From the NCBI GenBank assembly GCA_051362555.1, contig CM120641.1, positions 35,098,401 through 35,162,400 on the forward strand: DNA of 64,000 nucleotides, given 5' to 3'. Source of the DNA: Lingula anatina. Its lineage: Eukaryota > Animalia > Brachiopoda. The position numbers and the translations under genes are program-made. The first letter of the stretch is position 1. Every line of letters starts with the position of its first letter. The notes below the pieces were generated by a model, which ran no database searches, was not told the origin of the DNA, and saw nothing but the letters and a program-made list of their open reading frames with translations. This document shows positions 11,359 to 24,710 of the stretch, piece after piece.

Positions 11359-14300
11359 GTTTTATTCATTTATTGTACGAGAGTGACATGAGACATAGGT
11401 TATTGTTAACAGAATCTTAACATTTGATTTAATTTGTAAATGTGGGTGACATAAAGACATTATGTTAGGTTATTATAAACAGAAACTTAATATCTGGTTT
11501 ATGCTGTAAATGTGGGTGACATGAAGACCATATTAAGTTATTGGAAACAGAATCTTAATATCTGGTTAATACAGTAAATGAGGGTGACATGAGACATAGG
11601 TTATTGTAATTAACCGAATCTTAGAGACAATTCCCAGACCCTATCATACTAACTTTGGATCAAACTATCTCAAAGGGGGTTCTCGCTTAATTGCAATTAA
11701 CCTAAGTGGCTTAGATGTCTGTCACGCCTACTGAAGCTGATGAGGGGTAATTAACTATCATTTAGCTGCTTTAAGACATCTAAACCACTTGAGCTGTAAG
11801 CAATTTAGTGAGAAACCCCGTGGAGATGGACCAATCCTGTTAGATCGATCTAGGGATGGGAACCCAGTCTTAATATCTGGTTTATGCTGTAAATGTGGGT
11901 GACAGGAAGACAAGTTAATGAAAATAGAATCTTAATATTTGGTTGATGCTGTAAAGGAGTAGAATTCAATCTGAACACCACTGTCATCATCTCTGAGCAC
12001 TGTGTGATAGTGCCTTTGTTTTAAGTGAAAAAAAAGAGGAAGGGGAGATTACTGTCATCCCATTAAAATGGATGAAGATATCCAAGATTATGACCACAAA
12101 TAGAGTAAAAAAGTCCTTCAGATAAATTTTCTCCTTCATTCCAAAAACAAAAACGATCTGTCGTTCAAGGAAATTAATTCAATTTCTGATGAGAAACAGA
12201 AACTGAGGAATCATTTTGGCAAATGGCAGAAAAAGAACCTCTGAAAACAGACACCAGGATAAAGCTCAAATAAACATGCAAAATATAGTACAATTTTGTT
12301 TTCTAAGAAACTGCTGTTGTTACTAGTATATTTCATGCTACTGAAGGCAAAAGAGGCAAAAGTCAGACAGGCATTTATCTGGGATGGAGTGAAAGTGAAA
12401 TATTTTCAGCTGAAACAAATCTATCCATTCAATGACGGACTTATGTATGCAGACAGCATTTTCTCAAGACTATACAGACCACGTAGCTAGATGACAGATG
12501 ACTCCAAGAATCAAAAGAACAGTATGGAAGTGTGTGAAGGTCACATATCATCACATGGAAATTAAGGTGACACTGAAAGCATGTGAAGGCCAATGCTTGG
12601 TCGAATTTTGAATATGGTGAAACTGAGAGTGCGTGATTTGGGGTTGTACATATGAGAACTAAAAGGACAATGAAAACATGGGAAGGTCACAGTTTGCTCA
12701 CATAAGAACTAGAAGGACAATGAAAACATGGGAAGGTCACACTATGCTCACATATGAACTAGAAGGACAATGAAAACATGAGAAGGTCACAGTTTGCTCA
12801 CATAAAAACTAGAAGGACAATGAAAACATGGGAAGGTCACACTTTGCTCATATAAGAACTAAACGGGCAGTGAAAACATGGGAAGGTCACACTTTGCTCA
12901 CATTATCACATAAGAACTGTGGTGACAATGGATAACGGTGAAAGTCAATCTTTGCTCACAAGAGAATGTGGCTGCATGTATTCAAAACAGAAGTGAACCT
13001 ACTTGGTGGCTTATAGCTTGGTTGATCACCCAGATCATCCTTATCTTTGTGTTTCTTTCTGTGTTTGCCATGTTTTCCACCATGTTTGTGATGGTGATGG
13101 TGGTGGTGGCCTGCCTGGCCATTCTGGACACCAAATGGATCAGACCTATGACCTAGAAAAAGCAATAAAAAACAGTAGTTATCAGCCATTAATAAATGCC
13201 ATATTCAAAATGTTATCCAAATGGATTTTCACACTTTTTAAGATCATAAATGGACATAACCCCAACTTCATAAAATTACCTGATTTTATTTACACATGTA
13301 ATACACACTAGATTGGTATTTTTAAATGCTGAAAATCAATGTGGTTATATCCATCATCCCCAGATTGACAATTTTTCTTATCTAAATTAAATTAAGAACA
13401 AATTTTAGTTATCAGATAGTACTCCGTGCAATCCTGTATCTTTAGTAAAAAAAACAATGACAGAATTATTTCTATTTCATTTCAGGTTATTTTGTAATTT
13501 TCTTGCAATATAATGAGTTACCATAGCTGTGCATCTTTCATATTTAGTTATAATTTACAAAATACTATAATGTAGATTAGAATGATCAAAATCTGTGGAT
13601 TTCTTTAAAAGATTAGAAAAGATACGCAGACATGCAAATTTAATAGATGAGAGAAATGGGCAATAACTGCTGAATTCTAATTGAAAGGGAAGGGTGATGC
13701 TGAACCTAAATTTCAGTGATGTCACTCAATAAGACATTTATCCCTTAGGCTCCTTAAAAAATTGCATAACACTAGAAGGAATGGACTAATTTCTCCTTCT
13801 GGCAGAGACTTTTAGCAATTCCATAGACCATTTGTTTCTACTTTGCATTTTCATGCTATTATTTTAAAATCAAAACAGACCCAAAAACTGAATCTTATAT
13901 ACTCCACAAGTGCCCCTGACTTATATGCTGAAAACCAATGTGGCTATAGATATTACCCCCCCCCCCCCTTCCGTTACTCACCCAGCTGGACATAAAAGTT
14001 ATGTATTTTTTATATAGTTTTATTACACCTTAAGCACCTAAACTGACAAGTACCCATCATGTTCAGATCCTTACTTATTAAAATCGTGTTGACTGTTTCA
14101 TCAAAATCACATCTACACTTGTTCACCACAAAAAGCTGTTGCTGATTTTTACTGACTCTATGTTATTAGGTAAAGGAGTAAAGGAGTGTTATCAGAAATG
14201 TCCCTCCCCCCCCCTTTTTTTCTTTTGGAAGTTAGTTTTATTGCCAAAGGAAAGAATAGGTTACAAGGGGTAATTAGCTCTGCTGAAGCACTTTCCACAG

Positions 14301-17300
14301 CATAAATGCACTAATATACCTTTTTAAAATTTGCACTCTGTACTACACATACTACAAGTCTAAATACAAAGAGCCACCTGAAAGTCATAGGATCTTTCTA
14401 CAGAGAAATAAGTATTAATGTACTAAGAAGTTTCTGGCAGATGTGAGATGTTTCAAACTATCAGTGTGTGTTTTCACGAGCTATATATGATATTCTTTAA
14501 AATCTTCCTCCAGCAACCTGAGAGAGAGAGCACTAAACAAACGTGTGCCGTATTGAGCTGGCATATATCACACAGGGCACTGGACCATACCATATAGGAA
14601 AGGTGCCCTCTAAATGGGTTTGAAGTCACGTTTCTGAATGAAGCACAATATTCATCCCTTTTTTTCCACGCTGAATCAATAAATACCTTGTTTGAATGTG
14701 TTGAACGTGTGATTTGATAGGTGACATTGCCTACTGGTCTGCACGTGCTTGCAAAAAAAAAAAAAAAAATTGGGAATGGGGTGGAAGAAGAATGACATGG
14801 AATGAAAAGTGATTATTAAACTGTTTATAACTAAACTGACATTTCTGCTAAGTATTTTTCTTCTCTCGCTTGCTCATTTTTCATAGAAATGTTCAAGTTT
14901 TTGCCTTTACCCTTCTATCAAAAAGTTTCTAATGAGAGTTGCCAAAAATTCATGTAAAAAAAATGCCATTTATTTATTAGTTTCTCTCAATTAAATGAAA
15001 ATGGACCTAAAGTTCAATAACTTTCAATGGGGCATTAACCATTTTTATATCACCATTCAGCCAGAGTTGATCTATAAAATGAATCATGATGTGGGCAAAT
15101 TACACAACTGTATTACTCATTCACACTTTTTTAACTTTCACAAACTCAGTCAATTGGCTAGACATGGCTTGTGTTAAGACAATGAGTTCACAGAAACTAA
15201 AATCATAAAGATTTCTGCTGGCTTAGTGTGTATAGAGCACGGAGAAAACCTGGTGATCACTTCTCTCAGTTGTGTATTGATGTAGGCACCAAACACGGTT
15301 TGATAGACATTTAAGCAGTAGGTAAATCTGCTAAGAGAGGAACATCTGCAGAGATACTGACATCAACTCCAAGAACATGTCTCAAAATGGGGGGGGGGGA
15401 CTTTTATCAGCACAACATTTTAACATACTCTTGAGGAAGAAATACAGAAAAACACTTCACAAATACTTTTTTTTTAACCCAGAGCTACTAAATGTTTGCA
15501 TGGCTTTTAGATTTGAATTTGTAATAGGGATTTGGTGAAACCACTGCATACGAAAGTTTACTTAGCATTACACCAAGTAACCTCAGTACAAGATTTCTTT
15601 GTATTTTTTTTTTTTTTTTTTTTTTGTATAAAGCTATCTCTTAATGGATTTGTCACATGTTATCACAAAATGTCAACTTACCAGACTCACTTGTCAGTTA
15701 TATTGCATTAATAAGAATATGTTTCGTGTAGTCACGGCAACATCAACACGGCGAACATATCATGGAGACAGTAACAGCATTTGAAAGAGATTTACAAAAC
15801 TAATTTGTGTAATAAATACAAAAACTAAAAGCACCCACAAAATATACTAAGGGGAGATCTCTGCTTGTTGTTGTTGTTGTTTTTTTAACCACAAAAGCAA
15901 TTAATAATATGCAGTTATGCTGTGACTATTGCTCATTTTGTGTTGATTGCCTCCTCAAACCACAAAAACAGCATGTCCTCATGTTTTTTTTCCTTTTTGC
16001 TGAAAAAAACACTTTACCTGTGTCATCTTTCAGCTATATCAAATTAACATGAACAATGGAAGTACCCTAAACCTTTAGCATTTTAATAGAACAGCAAACT
16101 TTTATGTGTCTCAAATTCATTAAAACATTCAACAAAACATGAGTAATAAATAACTAAGTGCACATTTTCAAAGCAAAGGATTCAAATGTGATCTTCATTG
16201 GAGAACCATGAATGCGCTGGTTGATTGTTCAGAGCTATGACATAAGTCAAGTCAAATCTACTCAAAGAACAAGATGGCATCACATATCCTACGCTACAAT
16301 CAGATTTGGTTGATGGATTATTGTGATGTCTTTGTTGGGGGAGAGGGGGCAAATTCAAAATAATTTTTTCTGTATGGGATGGGTTAAACTGACTAGTCAT
16401 AAAAACTTGAAAATTTCAGCATTTAAAAATTAACATTTTAAAATGCCTGTATCTGACACAGCCATATTAGGTGGCAAAATAATCAAAAGACTCATTTTCA
16501 AGTTTGATGAAATTTCCAGTGAAAAAATTACAGAATTATCTTCCGAAAAAAAATTTTTGAATACCTACAGTACTATATTATCAGTTTTTTACTGTACAAG
16601 CTTATATTCCAGATAGACAAGACCAGTTCATTCATTTGACAGTGGCAAAGTTAAGTATGATGTATCCCCTGGCTATAGAGTTAATATAGGTGTATACACA
16701 AGCTGTCAGGAGGCATAGCTGTGCACATACATTTGCACCAACTAAACAACAATAAAATTATTCTACAAGATGAAATCAAGGTGGATATCTAAATAAACAC
16801 ATAATTGTATCTTCTTTCAGATGGGGTTGCTTTCACTAACATAAACTCTTTTTAGAAAAATGTAACAGGAATCAAATAAAAAAAAAGCAATGGATCAATG
16901 CCGATTATGGGTATTTTTTTGTTTGTTTGTTTGCTCTTGACTAGTCAAAATTGCTTCTCATATGCTGAATTTTCAATCAAAAATGAAACCTTTTGAAACA
17001 GGGACAATCCAGAATATTATAAAATGTCTCAAATCTTATAGATTAACAAATTAAACAAAAAACAAAAAAAAAATTGGAAGTTTATAGTTTTTTTCCATGA
17101 TGTCAATTCATCTAACAATGCCTCACAACTGATAATTCCTCAAGCAGATAGTGTTATTAATTTATTTATTTATTTATTTATTTATTTTTTATTTATTTAT
17201 TTTTTTTTTCATGTTTCAGACAATATTACTTTTGGGGTTCTAACACCTAATGAAACTGACATTCTACCGTCCTTCTCATCAATTCTATTTCATTCACTGC

Positions 17301-20300
17301 AAGATTGACCCTTTCTCTCAAACCTTTGGGGACAGAAGCACTTCGATCAAACCAATTTCATACACCATATCTGGCTATATATGGCTACCCAAATCTGAGA
17401 GATTGTGAATGGCAGTTTTTAATAGACTACTTCTTGCAGACTAAAGTTTCCCATTACATTCCTATTCAGGCGTGAATATTAGGGTATATCTTGCAAAAGA
17501 CATTAAATTTTTCTTTTTAGATTACAAGTTTGCTATGAATTAATCTATTCTAAGTGGAATATAAGGTAATGGGAGTGATAGTTTAAGGCTTAATTTGGTG
17601 TCAGTAATTGAAAATGTTTGATGCTATTCTTAAAATCTCATTTTTCAGTCGAAGTATAATCAACTTCATCAGTTTCTTATCAATCAAAATAAAAACCATT
17701 GAAGATTTTTTGCACATCGCTTGCTTATTCAGTTTTGTTCTTTGTGACGAAAACTTCCTTCCCTTTCATCTGATAATCAAAGTTGTCCCCGCAGTAATCT
17801 TAATGCATCCCCGAGGGTATATGTACATGTAATAAATTCGACTGACTGAGGTTTAAGAAGAATGTAATAATCCCACGCTTTGTACCCACACACTTTGTAA
17901 GTGCAAGAAATGAATAAAGACAAGACACAGACAAATTCTTTTTTTTTTTTCAGCTGAAGCTCATTTCTGACCATGGCTGTAGCTTTGGATCACACAAAAA
18001 CTGGAGAAAGCTGCAAGAAGTGGAGAAACTGGATGCCAACCCCCCCCCCCCTCCCCCAATCTCTGTTAGCTTATTATCAGTGTTATTATCAGTTAAATGC
18101 CACTTTCTTTTTTCCTTAAAACTTTTCATTCTTTCATTTTCTGGTGGCTCTCCAAGTTTTGCAGTTTCTTGGAATAAACATTTCTAAATTTTTTTTTTCA
18201 TGATATGTAATCATCTATATCATACTACAGTCTCAAGACTCAGTTGCCACTCGTGGAAACTATCTTTAGTATCTTGACGTTGTATTCTACAAGACAGATA
18301 ACAAATCACTGAAGTCCCATGAAGACTACAGTAGTCTGGGCAGTCAGGTAATTGCTTAAACAACTGACAACCATACTAATTCCTAATAAAGGCTACAGCT
18401 GTAGTTTCCATTGTACTAAGGACATGTGATTCCACAATCTGTATCAGGTTTTTGTACTTGGGGTGATGTGAGATACATATTTATAGGGATGACCTGTCAG
18501 ATCTGAGAAAAATGAAAAGACTAAGTAGACATTGCTACAAAAGACTGGGATGCACATATATGGTTTTAGAAACCATGTAACAATAATCCTCCGAAAACTC
18601 AAAGGTGGAAATCTCACCAACAGCAGTCTCCAGGCATAACCAGAGAATATCAACAACAACCAAAAGAATAAAAGATCTCATTAACTATGAATCAGTGCCA
18701 CACTCTTTGAGAAGGAAAGACCAAGTCGAATATGAAAATGGATCTTTTTGAGCTCATATTAAGACTCTCTCCAAACATCCATACAAACCTTATATTAAGT
18801 GTCATACAACAGTACCGTCTATTTGATTTTTTATCAAAAAGCTTAATGTTCTTCTTTTAGAATCTAGTTTCATTCATGACCATGACTGGGTTGAAGGACC
18901 CTGTGTGCATTAGTACCCAGATATCAAGATGTCTGCACAAGCAGACAGACACCAGTCTGAATTCAAAGACATATCACTCAGTAAGGAAGACATTATAAAG
19001 AACCGAGTGACACCTAGCATACATCACAGACAAAGAAGAAACTGAGGAAGATTTTTCTCGCAATTTTCTCGCAAAAAAGGGCAGTACTTTGACCAAACAA
19101 TGACAAAAGACATTGTCAAAGAAGTATTTTCAATCTTCCAAGTCCAACGTGTATCATCTAGAGCATATCTCTAAGTAAACTAGTTTATTTTCCAGGACAA
19201 AATTTTTTTTCTATGAGCACCAAATAACCATTCCTTGTTCATTGTGCAACCATTCGTCATAAAAAAATTTATATAATAAAATAATCCTGATAAAAAAGGG
19301 GGAAAAAAGCTGTCTGCTAACCAGGTTCAGAACAAAAATAGCTATAACACGCAATATTTTTATCTGGCAGACAGGACCAACTTCTATAACAGGGGTCTGA
19401 ATATGAGAATGATCAGTTTACCACTATCATTTACCACCTGGATACTGTCTTTATCTTTATTGCTTTTATCCCACCTGCTACAACTAAAAGCTGTATACAC
19501 AGGAATGCCTCCAGACTCATTGGGTTCCCGCTCTTTTTTTTTTTTTTTTTTGTAAAAAGGCGGCCAAAACTAGAAGCTCAACGGTAGTCATCCATGACTT
19601 CAATCCTGGTTTTATTCCTTTTTCTTTTAAAAAAATTACATCCTCTTTAATAGTGCACCCCACATGAACTCTTAAATCTACTTTGAATGTGTGCATGTGA
19701 CTCCTCAGTGCTACCTTAGAGATTCAGACCCACTTATTCATGTGCGACCCAAACATGAATTGAGAAACTGAACAAAATGGCTTTCTACGTTTTAAACATT
19801 ATGTCAATATGCACAATTTGTCTGCATTCAAAGCATACTGAAAAGCTAACTTATATTCTACATCCAGTCGTAAGTTTGAGTTTTGATTATTTGCTTTGCT
19901 CTTTAATAGAAAAAAGTCATTAACAGTGTAGTTGCCAGGAGTCCTATCTTTTTTAATGGTGATTTCCATACACAATGTTAGTAGTTTATAAAAAATGAAA
20001 ATGTTATTTGAAACAATACTATAAACTAAAATTTGAATTTATTAATACTGATAAATCGATTTATAAATAAATAAATCAGTAAAGACAGTAAAGGTGATAT
20101 TTTATTATTTTGATAAAATAGAAGTTTGTTTGTTTGTTTGTTTTTTCACTTTAATAAGACTGAACAAGCCACACATAGTTCACGTAGGAATCAATTCCAA
20201 TTCCAAACACCTGCTGCCTAAAGATTTTGGTAGGCGTCTCACCAAGACAAACTGCCCAACAAACAACTAAATATAAATATATACCAGTGGTTGTGGAGGT

Positions 20301-20919
20301 GGTAGCTATGGAGGAATCCGTATACATGAAAAGTTTGTATATTGGTGTGTACATTCTTCCATAACATAATCTGAGGAAGAATCCATAGATAACCTGGGCA
20401 TGCCAACTTATGATATAAGATGACACAATACAAAGATAATTAAATGTGTGTGTCTGTGTGCGAACACGTGCTTAGATAAAAAGAATGTATCTGCAGCAAA
20501 TAGAGCAAATCTTATCAAATCAAAAATATTCGGATCTATTAGTCCTTTCATTAAATTGATTTCTCCCCAGGAAACTTCATTGAATCAATCCCGTTTTCTC
20601 CGAGACCAGATTGAATCAATTTAAACATTAATCTGATTTCCTTGATATTTCACAAGGAAATTCTTAAACAGAACATAATGACTTGTATTGATTGTAGAAC
20701 TAAAGTGGCAATTCTTCGGTATGTAAAGCAGCAGTGTGGCCTGCAAAATCAGGTTAAATCGCAGAGGTGGTGGCTGGAGCAAACAGCGCAGTTATACAAC
20801 ACACCACACTGGCCGACAGATGACGATTGTTATGATCAACACATACCTTCGATGTCGATATCCTCCAGCGGTCGCCATGTTAAAGTACCTCTATCGGGTA
20901 TTGCCTCATCATCTGCCAT
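9..20919 (-). CDS. SLC4A10: SLC4 sodium-coupled bicarbonate transporter (SLC4A7/8/10-like, NDAE1 type), N-terminal cytoplasmic domain to TM1; 3' part lies outside the window
   Basis: Phase-consistent GT-AG exons in transcript order: 20919-20847 ([25 protein letters not shown]), 13152-13003 ([19 protein letters not shown]..), 11284-11149 ([27 protein letters not shown]), 10385-10225 ([30 protein letters not shown]..), 9521-9321 (..[18 protein letters not shown]), 4376-4276, 2945-2697 ([37 protein letters not shown]), 2359-2213 ([31 protein letters not shown]), 1644-1547 (..LVRTGR), 183-9 ([49 protein letters not shown]). These are diagnostic SLC4 motifs. An in-frame TAG upstream of the ATG supports the start. 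The symbol is the nearest vertebrate-type name, not a one-to-one orthology claim. Confidence 0.95.
1084..1333. mobile_element. Foldback MITE, PIF/Harbinger-like
   Basis: TIRs GGCTGAGTTCACAAACAAGTTAATCC vs reverse complement GGCTACGTTCACAACCAAGTTGATCC, with inner arms also complementary; flanks TAG and TAA. Confidence 0.8.
1344..1512. mobile_element. hAT-like MITE
   Basis: Perfect 11-bp TIR CAGGGGCGGAT..ATCCGCCCCTG and three internal TGAC(A/C)GTCTTCC repeats; no clean 8-bp TSD. Confidence 0.7.
2955..3023. repeat. (TA)n microsatellite
   Basis: Pure AT dinucleotide run 6 nt from the SLC4 acceptor at 2948-2946. Confidence 0.95.
3385..3572. repeat. Tandem duplication of a ~95-bp T-run/G-run/(CAG)n unit
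   Basis: Two copies of ttttttt-ggggggg-gagagaggaaggagcagcagcagcaacaa. Confidence 0.8.
5794..5888 (-). mobile_element. Degenerate half-copy of the 11624-11869 MITE family
   Basis: Aligns by eye to the reverse complement of the right end of 11624-11869 (ctagatcaatctaac..ccatctcc..ggggtttctcgctaaattgc..ttagatgt). Confidence 0.65.
8146..8570 (+). mobile_element. Penelope-like retroelement remnant with inverted pLTR, GIY-YIG C-terminus and hammerhead motifs
   Basis: Plus frame from ~8247 reads [60 protein letters not shown], typical of a PLE endonuclease C-terminus. Inverted arms ~8145-8222 and ~8458-8542. 12-bp direct repeat ACATCCATTCAT at 8134-8145 and 8571-8582. Confidence 0.88.
9609..9834 (+). 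mobile_element. PIF/Harbinger (Tourist-like) MITE, family A
   Basis: Imperfect TIRs containing AGATCGATCT, TAA TSD at 9606-9608 and 9835-9837, closely similar to 23760-23975. Confidence 0.88.
11383..11955. repeat. Minisatellite, ~63-70-bp unit, interrupted by a MITE
   Basis: Repeating gtgacatgagacataggttatt..aacagaatcttaatatctggtttatgctgtaaatgtgg, about 5 copies. Confidence 0.85.
11624..11869 (+). mobile_element. PIF/Harbinger-like MITE, family B (related to family A)
   Basis: TTA TSD at 11621-11623 and 11870-11872. Internal motifs ggggttc-cgct-aattgc and gggtaattaact are shared with family A. Confidence 0.85.
12649..12960. repeat. Minisatellite, 50-bp unit
   Basis: CATAAGAACTAGAAGGACAATGAAAACATGGGAAGGTCACACTTTGCTCA-like units in register at 12701, 12751, 12801 and 12851, with degenerate copies on both sides. 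Confidence 0.93.
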
Positions 20920-20987
20920 GATGTAATGAATCGGCTGTCCACGGGCATTTAACTCAGTCTATGAGAGAGTAATCTCCTGTAGAACGT
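20920..20987 (-). other. 5' UTR part of the SLC4 ATG-containing exon
   Basis: ttttcag acceptor at 20990-20988 upstream of the ATG implies at least one further upstream non-coding exon. Confidence 0.65.
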
Positions 20988-22884
20988 CTGAAAATATAAA
21001 ATGTTCAACACTTTAGAGCAATGACCATGAAATTCCCTCTTCCTACAATGTTTTTGAAAATGCTATCATTATCTCCTAGTTAAGGCCTTGTATGAGAAAT
21101 TTCCTATCCAGACCTCCAGAAATTACCAAACATTTGACTAATTAACTACTCACAGGTCCTGCATAAACTGCTTTGTCAGATCTTAAATGGTTACAAATGA
21201 GGTTAAACATAGTAGTTCAATAAGAACCCTGACATATACTTCAGCAACAATTAATTTCATCATCAGTTTTCAGCACACTTTCCATCCCTTATCCCTCCCC
21301 CTCAAAAAAAAAAAAAAAACAACTATACCCTATCACCAGTGTTGTCCATGAAATTATACCTTATTCTAAAAGGAAGGCTATCTTAAATAAGCACAACTTG
21401 AACTTCATCATCACACTAAAATCATTTTGACAAACCTCTCAACTGATATCAGACTTTTACAACAAAGATACAACTACCTCAATAAAACCAGCCCCTAATA
21501 CCTCAAACAAAAAAAAAAAAAAAAAAACTCACGCTCTGCTCCCTCACCACTCTATAGATTTCTCACCTGACACCCAGCATCAGATCGGACTTTTCCCAAA
21601 ACAGAAAAGAGGGTGTGCGTGTCCTTAGCAGTCATTTTATTGGTTACATGTATTGTGTGCTGGTTTTTCTATGATTCACCTTCCCAGGCAGGTGAGGGTA
21701 CGTCTGACCTGGCACGCCTCCCGCCCCTGATCCAGGAAACCAGGCTGGGGATAATCTTTCCCACCTGGGAAACGCTACGGGTCAGGCACTAAGAGGGTGG
21801 AGGGGAAAATGTTAAGTTTTTTTTTTTAATTAATGAAAATAAACAGAAAATTGTTTGATTATACTTATGGTATATTTCAATACTTTGGCTCATTCATAAA
21901 ATCGAAAATATTTCCAATATTAAGACAGTTTGCCTTATATTTTCATAGCTGTCTACTTTTCAACCAAGAAGTAACTGAGTACAAAACTATTTACCCAATT
22001 AGTTCCAGGCTCATCCCCTTGCAGACATAGACAACCTATATATATATAATAATGGTCAATTTTGCACTAGATATCAAAGCTGGAGAAATGACAGATCAAT
22101 CTCAAACATACAAACTGTTCAAAATGCACTTGTTTATAGACAATTTTCTGCACGGATGATCTACCCGTTCACAAATGTTTCTGAACTTAATGGAAAAAAC
22201 ATCCACCTCGGGGACAGACAGGTGGCCGTATTGCAAGTCATCACACAGCTGGGGGTATGTAACCTTACATGTACTTAAACTGATCATTACCTAGAATGGG
22301 TCTATTAATATACAGCCCTTGTTTCTTGGAAGTGCTTTAGTATTAGAATATAAATACATTCACTCAAACTACAGGGCAATGTCTTTGGATATAAATCTGT
22401 GCAACTCTTATGTCATCATATCAAAACGAGATTTTGCAACCTTTTAACCTTTATATAATGGTAATTTCAGTTCAAGTAAGAATGCACACAAAGGGTGTCT
22501 TGTATGATAACTACAGGTTTTTTATAAACTATATATAGTTATCTATGTGTTTTTAAGTTGAAAAGTGATACTCAGTAAATACACTAATTCTTGACACCCA
22601 AGAAAAAATCCATCAAAACAAATGACCGTTTGCAATGCCATGCCCTCATGAAATACTACTAGATAATGACTTTAGGTGTCCATATTCCAAGTATAGTAGC
22701 TTCATTTAAGTGATAACCATTCAAACATTCCCTCCATTTTGATTGATCACAAATTGATTAACATCTTAAGTTTCTTAAAATCAATCCGATTTACTATGCA
22801 AAAGAAGACTAGAGTCATCATGAAAATTGTTTGACTACTGTCTGCTTTGCTATACATCAAGTGTCCTCTCCTATAAACCTCTTT

Positions 22885-23059
22885 GGCCCAATTCAGAATA
22901 GAGGACTAACTAGTCCAAGGGTCAAATATGGCCGACCCACTTGAATACTTCCCCACGGGATATCTATTCAGTGTCTATTAATGGATTAGATGGCACGCTT
23001 TGTAGTGGGTCGCCATATTTGACCCTCGGACTATTTGGTCCCCTGTTTTGAATGGGGCC
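22885..23059. mobile_element. Foldback MITE, Harbinger-like
   Basis: ~57-bp imperfect TIRs GGCCCAATTCAGAATAGAGGAC..GGGTCAAATATGGCCGACCCACT vs reverse complement GGCCCCATTCAAAACAGGGGAC..GGGTCAAATATGGCGACCCACT; TTT on both flanks. Confidence 0.85.
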
Positions 23060-23759
23060 TTTAAGATGGCATTTTATACAGTCATATACACCTAAAACAT
23101 GACCAATGAGTAAAGAAAATAATGCATGTGGCACCAAAAAAAGCTTAAAGGGACAAAGTATAAGATTTTTTATATAACATACATTAAGCACATCAACCAC
23201 TTGATGTTGAACTTACCTAATTGGACAAGTGATACTTATTGATCATTTGTAACAGATAAAATGCCAAGAATTAATGTCTCTGAATATAATTATCTATCAC
23301 CTTCTGATGAACCTCGACACCTGTCAACCATCTTGACACAGTTTTGAATCGCATGCAACCCAGAAGTTAGTGTTTGAAAATGAATCAAAAGTAAGGAGGA
23401 ATCTGAAAACCCTACTCTTTTTTTTTATAAGAAATTTTATCCAGTATTGATAAAGAATTGTGTCAAGGAGGATCAAAGGTTGGTAAGTCAGAGAAAAACT
23501 GTTTACCAATGGAATGAGGAGCATTTTCAAAGGATAATCTTATACTATGCATCTTTAACTAACCAGGCTCCATACAAAAGTGTCACAAAAGTGAAGAATT
23601 CATACCTCAGGCGTTTAATCAAGAATATTGCAAAAAAAAAAAAAAAAGGAAACTCAAATTTCTTCATCAATAAAAAAATGTTTGGCTGGCACTTTTCCTT
23701 AAAAAATCAAACAGTTTATTTGCTTCTATTTAAAGTTTCACAATAAACAAATTCAGTAA

Positions 23760-23975
23760 GACTGCATTCCCATAGATTTAGATCGATCCATCTAGATCGA
23801 CCTAACTGCCGGGGGGTTCACGCTAAATTGCTGTCAGCCGAGCGAGCACAGTAGTTAATTACCCCCTTACATCTCTTACTAGTTGGGACAGACGCTTAAG
23901 CCGGCTAAGCTGACAGTAATCTAGTGAGACTCCCCACAGGGATAGATCGATCTAAAAATCTATGGGAATGGGGTC
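23760..23975 (+). mobile_element. PIF/Harbinger MITE, family A
   Basis: TIR GAC(TG/CC)CATTCCCATAGATTT, TAA TSD at 23757-23759 and 23976-23978. Confidence 0.9.
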
Positions 23976-24409
23976 TAAGATTCAGTTAAAAATCCTACTC
24001 ACTATTACTCTCAGACTGTCATTGATGAGCTCAAATAAAATTATGTATAATATTACTGTATATATATCACATAAGCCATCTGCTGTTACCCAATTCAACT
24101 ATCATTGGATCTGTGTTGGCATGCAAAAAGCAATTGAACAGAAATGGAAATACTTAGTAAAGGTTTATGAATTAATGTGAAGCAAGTGATCATAACCTGG
24201 CCTACTAGTAATGCATAGTGTTCTTTAGATTTATTTTATTGCTTTATCCCCCCTGTAAATGTGATATTTATACATGAAGTGGTCACTTTTTATCTAAATT
24301 GGCAATTCTGCTCCTAGTAGTAAAGCAGTCACATGTCTTTGTTTCTGTTAACTGCAAAATTAGCCTTCTTGCTTTGAAATCATCCTTTCTAACTTCATAT
24401 CATCTTCCT

Positions 24410-24710
24410 TGGCTTAATATTATCACATTATGTTTGGCATAATCAACTCTGGCTTGATATTTTCCTCCCTTATTTGGGGGGGGGGGGGGATCCAAGCTTT
24501 AGCTTTAGCTGACCAGATATTTTCCTCTTTGACTGGGGTGTACCTTTCTTAACCTGATATTATCTCTCCTGATATTATCCTTAACATCCTGGTATTATCC
24601 TTCCTGGTTTGATATTATACATCCTATATCATACTTAATGGTTTGATATCATCCTTTACATCATATCCTTTAAGCCTTTGACTGAGCTATACAGTTCAGC
24701 TATTTTCCTC
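24410..24710. repeat. Degenerate low-complexity tandem repeat
   Basis: About 8 recurrences of TGATATT(A/T)TCCT-like words with variable spacers. Confidence 0.55.

Noticed and set aside
12649-12960. Regular repeats resembling a CRISPR array
   Set aside because: No unique spacers, eukaryotic intron, no cas genes; an ordinary minisatellite.
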